A stretch of DNA of 31,655 nucleotides from an archaeon (lineage in GTDB: Archaea; Iainarchaeota; Iainarchaeia; Iainarchaeales; Iainarchaeaceae), in the NCBI GenBank assembly GCA_035289485.1, contig DATDXA010000021.1:1-31655 (forward strand), given 5' to 3'. Below the pieces are notes generated by a model. The model did not search any database. It had not been told where the DNA came from and worked only from the letters and a program-made list of their open reading frames with translations. The position numbers and the translations under genes are program-made. Below, one piece after another: positions 9,018-16,397 of the stretch (its first letter is position 1; each line of letters starts with the position of its first letter).

Positions 9018-9078
9018 TTTTCGACACTTTTTCTTTTCGTCAACGTTTTCTTTTTCGTGTAACGAAAAAGAAAAGGTT
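9018..9078. repeat. A/T-rich hairpin repeat, copy 1 (13-bp stem, GTA loop); possibly a terminator
   Basis: ttttctttttcgt (9046-9058), gta, acgaaaaagaaaa (9062-9074); homologous to 20568-20668. Confidence 0.6.
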
Positions 9079-9085
9079 GTGCCAA

Positions 9086-9814
9086 TCATTCTTTCTTGGC
9101 GAAATAAGCCTTCAATTCATCCTGCGAAACAGGAGTGAATTTCCGAGCAGAGTCGATAAACATAAACTGCAACCTCTTGACATCCAATTTTTCCTTCTCA
9201 TCAAGCCCGAATTCGAGCGCCTTTAGCATCATTTTTATTGCCGCGTCCTTTGACATGTTCTCTTTCCATTCCTTTTCGAACAGTTCCATTGCCTTGTTCT
9301 TGTTCTTGCCGATTGCAATTGCCGAATATTCTGCAAGAGCGCCTGATGGTTCGGTTTCGAAAAGCCTTTTTCCGGTGTTGTCAACGCCGCCTATGATAAA
9401 TGAAATTCCAAAAGGCCTCATGCCGCCGTACTGCGTGAAAACCTGCATTACATTTGAAATCTCCTTTACAAGAGTTTCAACCTGTATTGCTTCCTCATAA
9501 AATGACCTGTTCTCCTGCGCCTTCTGGCGTGCAATCCCAATAAGCCTTCGAGCATCGCCTACGAGCCCGGCTGAAACAGCAACTATATGATCATCTACTG
9601 GGAAAATCTTCTCAATCGAATCCGGAAGCAAGAGCCTACTGGTAATTTTCTTATCAGCGCCAAAAAGTATGCCATCGGCGTACTTGCATGCAACGCCCAT
9701 TGTGCCCTGCGAGACTATTTTTGAGGCATATTCGACCTGGTATAGCCTTCCGTCAGGGCTAAACATCGTTGCCGCGCGGTCATAATTTGCAGGTTGACTA
9801 GAACTTGGATACAA
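9086..9814 (-). CDS. psmA: Proteasome subunit alpha
   Basis: YDRAATMFSPDGRLYQVEYA, GLVGDAR, RPFG, ETEPSG; TTG start. Confidence 0.97.
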   Translation of the reverse strand: MYPSSSQPANYDRAATMFSPDGRLYQVEYASKIVSQGTMGVACKYADGILFGADKKITSRLLLPDSIEKIFPVDDHIVAVSAGLVGDARRLIGIARQKAQENRSFYEEAIQVETLVKEISNVMQVFTQYGGMRPFGISFIIGGVDNTGKRLFETEPSGALAEYSAIAIGKNKNKAMELFEKEWKENMSKDAAIKMMLKALEFGLDEKEKLDVKRLQFMFIDSARKFTPVSQDELKAYFAKKE

Positions 9815-10003
9815 AACTAAAACCCCTCTATTTTCCTGAATTTATAGTATTTCTTAATGAGTAAGGTATATAAAGTCGACTTTAAAGGCGTTAAAAATCC
9901 CCAGGAAAGCACTAAAATGCAATTATGAGCCAAATAATCAACTGCATTGGCAAATCCTGCTGATTTAAAGGCACGGGAAGCCAGAATATATCTGGTGAAA
10001 TAA

Positions 10004-10456
10004 GTGACTGAATCAATTGTGTTTGTCTGCCAGGCGGCACGAAGCCTCAGCCCCGCGCTGGTAAGATCGTTTGAAGAATACCTCAATATGACAGGAAAGA
10101 GCAGGCATTTTGAAGTGAGGGCTGTCGGCATTCTTGACCCTGACATCAAATCAAGAATCAATAAAGCCGATATTGTGATTGGCGCGGCAAGCATGCATGA
10201 ATGGGTCGAAAGGCAGCTAGAATCTGAAGGGTTCCGCCCAAGAATGCTTCTATTCGCCCCGATATTTTTAATGCCGGGTGCAAGTTACCCCGCCATCACA
10301 AAGAATGAGCCCTCACCTGAAAAGCTGCGTGAGTGGGGCGATGGCATCCTGAAAAAAATTGAGATTGGAAAAATGGCTGAGAAAAATGCATTAATGTGCA
10401 TGCGCAGAATAAAAGCGCGCAGAAGAACACGAATCATTGCAAAAAAGAGAAAATAG
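10004..10456 (+). CDS. Hypothetical protein, degenerate LMW phosphatase/arsenate reductase-like fold
   Basis: IVFVCQAARSLSPA resembles the 'xLFVCxGNxCRSxxA' P-loop; VRAVG and ADIVI match downstream LMW-PTP elements; Arg-rich tail. Confidence 0.6.
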   Translation: MTESIVFVCQAARSLSPALVRSFEEYLNMTGKSRHFEVRAVGILDPDIKSRINKADIVIGAASMHEWVERQLESEGFRPRMLLFAPIFLMPGASYPAITKNEPSPEKLREWGDGILKKIEIGKMAEKNALMCMRRIKARRRTRIIAKKRK

Positions 10457-10464
10457 CAGTTTTA

Positions 10465-10806
10465 TTATTTGAGCTTCCCAACAGAACCCGAAACTCCTAA
10501 AATGAGAGGAATCACAGAGTCTGGGCCAACTTTTTGAACAAACAAAAGCCCCGCCTTCACATTCTCCTCTTCAGCAAGCGCGCAGCGGATTATCCCATCG
10601 TTTGATTTCGCGTTCCACTTTATGAGCCAGAGCCTCTGCTGCGCCATTCCGGCAGAGCCAAAAATCCTTGAGAATGCGCCGGAAACCGCGGCCCACGCGT
10701 CCTTTTCTGCGAGCGTTTTTTGGGAAATGAAACTGAACTTGATGTACCTCTTTTTCCCCCTCAATGTGGGCGGGATTGGATTCAGGGACTTTTTAGCCGC
10801 GGCCAT
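10465..10806 (-). CDS. rnp2: Ribonuclease P protein component 2 (Pop5/Rpp14)
   Basis: PPTLRGKKRYI.F, FG, GIIRC, GVSGSV. Confidence 0.92.
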   Translation of the reverse strand: MAAAKKSLNPIPPTLRGKKRYIKFSFISQKTLAEKDAWAAVSGAFSRIFGSAGMAQQRLWLIKWNAKSNDGIIRCALAEEENVKAGLLFVQKVGPDSVIPLILGVSGSVGKLK

Positions 10807-11352
10807 TTAGCTAGCACCTTCCAGAAAATCTTTTCCAAGCCCTGCCATTTGCACGAGCTCGCTCTCTAGCGCATACGCGCTCTTTTCTGTGGAAATTATT
10901 TCATTCATCTTCTCGGCACTGATTGAACCGTAGCGCTCCTTGAGATAATCATAGCGCTCGCGCAGTGAAACTATCTTATCGTGCGTAACTCGCTTGTCCG
11001 CATACCAAACAACTTTTGCTTCAAGCGGAGTTGATTTATTGAACCCGAGCACTTCCTCAAGGCCGTGCAGCAGCAGTACTTTTCCAAATTCAGAATAGCC
11101 GATTTGCGTGAGCGCCTTTTCCGCCTCCGCTGCGTGCCTGCAATTATTCTTTATGCAATACATCTTTGCGACATCGTGCATGAGCGCTCCCTTGTCAACG
11201 CATTCCAAATCTATTTTGAAACCGTTTGAGGAAATTCCGCGCGAAAGAATATTCGCGATTCTGCGGACAGATTCCGTGTGCTTTGCAACATTTTCAGGAA
11301 CCTCGTATTTTGCAATGAGCGCTGAGCACTCCTTTTCAGTTGGAAGCTTCAT
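10807..11352 (-). CDS. HD-domain metal-dependent phosphohydrolase (HDIG-like)
   Basis: H...V, ALMHDVAK, RHA, HG, EAKVVWYADKR. Confidence 0.9.
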   Translation of the reverse strand: MKLPTEKECSALIAKYEVPENVAKHTESVRRIANILSRGISSNGFKIDLECVDKGALMHDVAKMYCIKNNCRHAAEAEKALTQIGYSEFGKVLLLHGLEEVLGFNKSTPLEAKVVWYADKRVTHDKIVSLRERYDYLKERYGSISAEKMNEIISTEKSAYALESELVQMAGLGKDFLEGAS

Positions 11353-11365
11353 TTTTTCCTCTCCA

Positions 11366-11430
11366 CAACAGTTGCGGCTGTTGGGTACGCGCCCGACCTA
11401 CGGTCGGCCTGGCTCGCAAAGCTCGCAAAA
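11366..11430. repeat. Intergenic twin hairpin plus 9-bp tandem (REP-like)
   Basis: caacag-ttgcgg-ctgttg, ccgacc-tac-ggtcgg, then gctcgcaaa twice, between rnp3 and the HD gene. Confidence 0.45.
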
Positions 11431-11431
11431 A

Positions 11432-12046
11432 TCATTTCAACCTCTCCAAAAAATCCTTTCCATTTGCCCTTGCTGATTTTAGCGCTGCTTCTTTTTTCAA
11501 TCCGAGAAGCACTGCAAATGAGGCAAGGTCTTTACCGGCGCGCATCTGCGATTCATTCCTTGCGCCGCTCACAAAAAGCATTTTCACGCCCGCGCTCTCG
11601 CACAATTTTACGCACATCGCGGCGTTCTTTATCAGCTGCGAGAGGCGAAAGCCATCCGCTTCTAAAAAATCGCTGAAGAGAACGCAGACAAAAACATTGT
11701 TCTGAAGAAGAACATTCGCGGTTTGCATATCAAGAAAGCACTTCTCGGAGCTGAAGGGCTGCAGTAGCAAATCTACCCCTTTTGAATTTGCGGCCCACGC
11801 GCACATCTCTGGCGAGGAGCCGCGCACCGCAATGAAATCCGATTGCTTGCGCGCTTTCTGCAGAGCGTTGTTGTCATTATTTTGCAGAATGAGGCATGAG
11901 AGGAATTTGGTTTTGTAATTTCCTACTGCGGGTTTTTGCGGCTGCACTGAATCTGTTGCAGTGATTACACAATCGTCCTGCAGCTTTTTTGAAATTTCAT
12001 CCGCCATTCCGTCTTCGACGGGAAACCGAATTATGTTAAGCGCCAT
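11432..12046 (-). CDS. rnp3: Ribonuclease P protein component 3 (Rpp30)
   Basis: DFIAVRG, VDLL, VSGARNESQMR...DL...LG; synteny with rpl15e. Confidence 0.88.
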   Translation of the reverse strand: MALNIIRFPVEDGMADEISKKLQDDCVITATDSVQPQKPAVGNYKTKFLSCLILQNNDNNALQKARKQSDFIAVRGSSPEMCAWAANSKGVDLLLQPFSSEKCFLDMQTANVLLQNNVFVCVLFSDFLEADGFRLSQLIKNAAMCVKLCESAGVKMLFVSGARNESQMRAGKDLASFAVLLGLKKEAALKSARANGKDFLERLK

Positions 12047-12081
12047 AAGTTGAACTAAAGGGAAAAAGAGGATAAAAGCGT

Positions 12082-12684
12082 TTACTTTGCGGTGCGATCG
12101 TGCGCGCGCTGGCTTGGGAAGTTCTTCTCATGCCCCTTGCCCTTTTTAAGGCCGCGGCCCTTTTTGCCAGAAGATGTAAGCCCCCTTTCCGCCCTGTGCA
12201 TGTGCTTATTTGAAGCAACCCAGTTGCGGTCCTTATCAGCCAGAACACTTGGATGAGCCCTGTCAATTAGAATGACTTCGAGGTAGGTGTTTTTTCCGTC
12301 TTCTCCGACCCAGTAAGAATTAATCACTTCGCAGTTTGGGAATTTCTCTCCCGCCCTTCTCTCCGCGATTGATTGCTTTGAAGCCCTGCGAGTGAGCTTA
12401 AGTATTCCCATTCTAAGAGGCCTTCTGCCCCTTGCAGGCCTCCTGTGCAAACCAGAGCCTTTTCGTATGCGAACCTGCGCTACCATAAAGCCCTGCTTTG
12501 CCTTGTAACCGAGAGCTCTTGCGCGCGGGAGATTTGCAGGCCTCTCAACCCTTACAACTGAAGCTTCCTTGTTTCTTTGCTCAAAATTCTTGTCGCGGTA
12601 GAGCTGCGCGTAATTGTAGTCCTTGGATTTGGACTTGGAATACTCCAATTGCAGGGTATTTGTAACCTGTTTTGAAAAACTCAT
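12082..12684 (-). CDS. rpl15e: 50S ribosomal protein L15e
   Basis: RARALGYKAKQG, VINSYWVGEDG, RGLTSSGKKGRGL. Confidence 0.97.
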   Translation of the reverse strand: MSFSKQVTNTLQLEYSKSKSKDYNYAQLYRDKNFEQRNKEASVVRVERPANLPRARALGYKAKQGFMVAQVRIRKGSGLHRRPARGRRPLRMGILKLTRRASKQSIAERRAGEKFPNCEVINSYWVGEDGKNTYLEVILIDRAHPSVLADKDRNWVASNKHMHRAERGLTSSGKKGRGLKKGKGHEKNFPSQRAHDRTAK

Positions 12685-12751
12685 TAAAACCACTTTAAAC
12701 AGCTAAAAGCCGGAATAAACACTAAATTCTACTGGGGAAGGAATATAAAGG

Positions 12752-13399
12752 TTAGGGGTGGGGCTTGAGTTGCAAAGCCTTCCATGTAGCTCTCATCTGC
12801 TCTAGGCGCGAACTTTTAGGCGGTGGTTTTCCCTGGACTGCCCTGAGTCTTTGCAGCAGGCCGATTTGATTGCCAGAACCAAAAATAAATGCATATGCTT
12901 GTGTGGAAGTTACCTTTGCTTTCGGAACAAGCCGGGTTATGTGGTTATAATCTTGGAACCATTCGGGATGCGCAGTGTGGATATCTGCAAGAGTTTTTGC
13001 CGCATTTTGCGCCACAACATGGTCGTTATCGCAGCACGCCGTGAAAAGCGGCATTACAGCCCGTTCATCTGGCATTTTCTGAAATGCCATTGCGGCAGCA
13101 TTTCTCACAGCAGGGCTTTTATGCCGAAGATGCCCTATGACCCGAGGTATTGCTTTGGTCAATCTCATTTCCGCTGCCTTAAAAATGGCATTGTCGACAA
13201 CTGTACTATTTGAACTTTTCAGGCGGTCTATTATTTGCACGGGCCCTAATGTTTGCGCCCTAAGCCTTAGGGACTGCTCGCCTGCAAATTGAACAAACCT
13301 TTCCGAGTCGACAAGCCGCAGCCCGCTTTTTGGGGAAACGCTCTCTTCGTGGATCCGCCTATAATGAGTGCCAGTTACGCTTTTGTGTACTCGTCCCAT
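12752..13399 (-). CDS. HEAT-repeat protein with basic termini
   Basis: AIPRVIGHLRHKSPAVRNAAAMAF and AVMPLFTACCDNDHVVAQNAAKTL are PBS-lyase-type HEAT repeats. Confidence 0.75.
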   Translation of the reverse strand: MGRVHKSVTGTHYRRIHEESVSPKSGLRLVDSERFVQFAGEQSLRLRAQTLGPVQIIDRLKSSNSTVVDNAIFKAAEMRLTKAIPRVIGHLRHKSPAVRNAAAMAFQKMPDERAVMPLFTACCDNDHVVAQNAAKTLADIHTAHPEWFQDYNHITRLVPKAKVTSTQAYAFIFGSGNQIGLLQRLRAVQGKPPPKSSRLEQMRATWKALQLKPHP

Positions 13400-13483
13400 G
13401 ATTTAAATTGAAATCTGCCAAATAAAAGGCTTGCCCTTGGCCAATAGTTTTGCATTTAAGCCTTTTCAGCGCAACTTCTTTTC

Positions 13484-14560
13484 ATGGAAACCACTGAATT
13501 AAAGGTCGGCTCAGATTCGTGCGACAAATGCACGGAGCAGGCCAAAATTGTTCTCCCCTACGGCCCTCACCGATTTTGCAAGGAACACTTCAACGAATTT
13601 TTCGAAAGCCGCGTGCGCAAAACCCTGCGAACAAATAATTTGGTAGAGCATGGCGAGAAAATAGCTGTCGGGGTTTCGGGCGGCAAGGACTCGATGGTTA
13701 CACTGCATCTTCTGAATAAAATTTACGGGCAGGGCGGCAGGAACAAAATAGTTGCAATAATGATTGATGAGGGAATCTCAGGCTACCGAGACAAATCAAT
13801 GGAATTCGGAATCAAATATTGCAAAGCGCACGGGATTGAATACATCACCGCGAATTTTGAAAAAGAAATCGGCATTACTACTGCCGATGTTGCAGAGCAG
13901 ATACACGCAGGTAATCTGGGCGGCGCCTCCTGCAGCTACTGCGGGGTTTTTCGAAGGAGCGTTCTTAGCAGAAAAGCCTCTGAAATCGGCGCTGACAAAT
14001 TAGCCACTGGGCATAATATGGATGATGAGTGCCAGAGCATTCTAATGAACCTTTTTTCGAACGATTTCGCGCGGCTTTCGCGCCTTGGAGAAGTCGCGGG
14101 GAATATGAAATTGAAAGGCACGGTTGCGCGCATAAAGCCGCTTTATGACACTCCTGAAAAGGAAATAATTGCATACGCCGCGCTCAATGGAATTGAGCAC
14201 TATAGCGAGGAGTGCTGCCCTCATTCATGGATGGCAAAGCGCAACCAGTACCGCAAGCTTCTAAATGAACTTGAAAGTTCGCAGCCGGGAACTAAGCATG
14301 GGATAATGGCATCATTTAGAAATCTCAAGCCAATGCTTGTTGAAATGCAGAAAGGAAGCGCAGAAGCGATAATGGAATGCGCGCAGTGCGGGGAGCCTGC
14401 TAATTCTGAACTGTGCGGGACCTGCAGGCAGCTTGGGAAGATTATGGAGGCGCGCGGGAAAGGAAAAAATACGGCAAAGCAAAGGATGGCAAAGGGCGAG
14501 AGCTGCGCCTTGATGAAGGGCACCGCAAACAAGGAAATGCTAGCCGCGCACCGGCAGTGA
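13484..14560 (+). CDS. tRNA 2-thiouridine synthase TtuA/NcsA/Ctu1 family (TIGR00269-like)
   Basis: N-terminal CxxC..C..H, PP-loop SGGKDS, CSYCGVFRR, TGHNMDDE, RIKPL, CCP, C-terminal C4 zinc finger. Confidence 0.93.
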   Translation: METTELKVGSDSCDKCTEQAKIVLPYGPHRFCKEHFNEFFESRVRKTLRTNNLVEHGEKIAVGVSGGKDSMVTLHLLNKIYGQGGRNKIVAIMIDEGISGYRDKSMEFGIKYCKAHGIEYITANFEKEIGITTADVAEQIHAGNLGGASCSYCGVFRRSVLSRKASEIGADKLATGHNMDDECQSILMNLFSNDFARLSRLGEVAGNMKLKGTVARIKPLYDTPEKEIIAYAALNGIEHYSEECCPHSWMAKRNQYRKLLNELESSQPGTKHGIMASFRNLKPMLVEMQKGSAEAIMECAQCGEPANSELCGTCRQLGKIMEARGKGKNTAKQRMAKGESCALMKGTANKEMLAAHRQ

Positions 14561-14594
14561 ACCCCCAAAAAGCATAAATAATAGTTAGACGTAA

Positions 14595-14612
14595 GTATCA
14601 TTTAGGTGATAC
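14595..14612. promoter_or_regulatory. Inverted-repeat operator of the vapBC module
   Basis: GTATCA-N6-TGATAC overlapping the antitoxin SD (AGGTGA), downstream of a TAAATA box. Confidence 0.5.
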
Positions 14613-14617
14613 ACTTG

Positions 14618-14824
14618 ATGGAACTAAAGGTAAAGAAATGGGGCAACTCGATGGCAGTCATAATACCAGATTATGCCGTGAAGGAAAAAAAACTCGCAGA
14701 AGATGACAGTATATTCCTAGACATAGTGAAAAAGGCCGATTTTTCTGAGGATTTTGGCAAACTCAAGCACATCAAGTCTTCCGGCCAGAAAATAAAAGAT
14801 TTCATGAAGAAGGGCTGGGAATGA
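14618..14824 (+). CDS. vapB: AbrB/MazE-family antitoxin (VapB)
   Basis: KVKKWGNSMAVIIP; ATGA overlap with the PIN gene. Confidence 0.9.
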   Translation: MELKVKKWGNSMAVIIPDYAVKEKKLAEDDSIFLDIVKKADFSEDFGKLKHIKSSGQKIKDFMKKGWE

Positions 14825-15189
14825 CGGAAAAATATTTTTTCGATACCTATGCATTTATCGAAATACTCAAGGGCAACCCCAATTACAAAAAATACCAAAA
14901 CGTCGGGGTGCTTACCACTAAATTTAACCTGATGGAGTTGCATTATTGGCTCCTTTCGGCGGAAGGTGGCGAATCCGCGGACAAATATTATGACAAGTAT
15001 GAAAAATTTGCCGCCCAGATTGATTCCTCAGACATAAAGCTCGCTACACGGTTCAGGCTTGAAAACAAAAAGGCGAATCTCTCATATGCGGATTGTTTAG
15101 GTTATGTTATGGCTAAAACAAGGAATGCCCTGTTTCTCACGGGGGATAAGGCATTTAGCGGAATTAAAAACGTCGAATTTGTGAAATGA
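14821..15189 (+). CDS. vapC: PIN-domain toxin (VapC)
   Basis: FFDTYAF, NLME, LSYADC, LTGDKAF. Confidence 0.93.
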   Translation: MTEKYFFDTYAFIEILKGNPNYKKYQNVGVLTTKFNLMELHYWLLSAEGGESADKYYDKYEKFAAQIDSSDIKLATRFRLENKKANLSYADCLGYVMAKTRNALFLTGDKAFSGIKNVEFVK

Positions 15190-15191
15190 AA

Positions 15192-15767
15192 TCATTTCTT
15201 TGCAGACTTTGACTTGCGCAGCCAGAATTCCATCCGGTAAATCTGCCCGCCCATTCTATACCGGCTTCTCATATACTCGGTGCGCATTTCCGCCCAAGTG
15301 TTCGGCGATGGAAGTGGTTTTGAATCAACACCGTGCTTGGCAGCCTCGGAAGCGAGCCTTTCAAGGAAACTTTTGTTCTCGCTTGTAATGGAAATTATCC
15401 CGCCGGGAAGAAGAATATTTCTTGCGTGAGAAAAAAGCTTTGGAAAATTGAAATGGTCTTCCCTGCCTTTGCCTGTGGGATCAGGCATATCAATGCTGAC
15501 ATTCGCTGTGCACTGCCCATTAGATTCCATTTCATCTATAAATTGCGAAATCTTCATCGCTTTCACGACTATGCCATGTTTTTCCAGATAATCCACTGCG
15601 TAACGGATAGTAGGGTTTCCAAAGCGCGGGTTGACCACTGCGTGCCTTTCATCCTTGAATTTTCTCGCTCTTTCGACAATCCATTCTTCTCCTTCGGAGC
15701 CAACGTGAACTGTGTTGAAAACATCTCTTTGTGTAGCGCCCTTGAAAGGCCTTTTTCTGGCAGGCAT
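15192..15767 (-). CDS. Divergent class I SAM methyltransferase, TrmB-like
   Basis: VHVGSEGEE (motif I position), YAVD, IDMPDP (cf. FPDPW), LLPGGIISITSE (cf. L.PGG...TD), RTEY...GGQIYRMEF (cf. T.YE....G..IY). Confidence 0.6.
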   Translation of the reverse strand: MPARKRPFKGATQRDVFNTVHVGSEGEEWIVERARKFKDERHAVVNPRFGNPTIRYAVDYLEKHGIVVKAMKISQFIDEMESNGQCTANVSIDMPDPTGKGREDHFNFPKLFSHARNILLPGGIISITSENKSFLERLASEAAKHGVDSKPLPSPNTWAEMRTEYMRSRYRMGGQIYRMEFWLRKSKSAKK

Positions 15768-15873
15768 AAAAGGAGAAAGATTCCCGAAGTTATTAATTAT
15801 TCCTTAATGAACCAAGACAAACCATTTGGGCGACATGAACATTCTGCCAAGGGTTAAAAGCCAAGACTCACAT

Positions 15874-15881
15874 TTTAAATA
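15874..15881 (+). promoter_or_regulatory. TATA box of tRNA-Val
   Basis: TTTAAATA ~30 nt upstream of the tRNA 5' end. Confidence 0.5.
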
Positions 15882-15907
15882 GTTTCCAGGGCTAAATCCT
15901 AGAAATA

Positions 15908-16011
15908 GGGCTCGTAGCACAACGGCGGTGCACATCGTTGACGAATCTAATAAGCGAAAGTTTATGGATTCAATTTCGATGGGGTTGTAGGTTCGAATCC
16001 TGCCGGGCCCA
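15908..16011 (+). tRNA. tRNA-Val(GAC) with a 32-nt canonical 37/38 intron (15944-15975)
   Basis: Acceptor GGGCTCG/CGGGCCC-A, D arm GCAC/GTGC, anticodon stem CATCG/CGATG, T arm GTAGG-TTCGAAT-CCTGC. BHB: TTGA:TCAA helix with CGA and TTT bulges. The intron has a GAAA-capped hairpin. Confidence 0.95.
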
Positions 16012-16027
16012 ATTTAATTTAGTGAAA

Positions 16028-16393
16028 TCACTTCATGGAAATGACGCCGGCTTTTGAAGCGTTGGTAAAAATAGTTTTTGGAATACTGGAACCTGGGAAA
16101 ATATTTTTCGCCTTCAGCGTCCTTAACGTCATTGAAAACAAGTCTTCTGCTGCAAGAGTGGGATTTGTAGTCAGATGAAACATCAGCTCATCAAAAACCT
16201 GCTTATGCTCTAACTTGACCAAAGTTTTCTTGAATTCCCCGACGTTGGCAGCATTGATTGTTTTTCTTTGAGGAGACTTTCCAGCCCAAGTATTCACCAA
16301 AGCCGACCTTGACCCTTGTAAAATAGGGCGCACCTCACCGGGTTCTCCTTTTACAGCATGAAACCCCGCACGCCTTTGCCGCATCACCGCCAT
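16028..16393 (-). CDS. Hypothetical protein, Arg-rich N-terminus
   Basis: 121-aa ORF starting 4 nt after the ppsA stop; no recognisable family. Confidence 0.65.
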   Translation of the reverse strand: MAVMRQRRAGFHAVKGEPGEVRPILQGSRSALVNTWAGKSPQRKTINAANVGEFKKTLVKLEHKQVFDELMFHLTTNPTLAAEDLFSMTLRTLKAKNIFPGSSIPKTIFTNASKAGVISMK

Positions 16394-16397
16394 AAAT

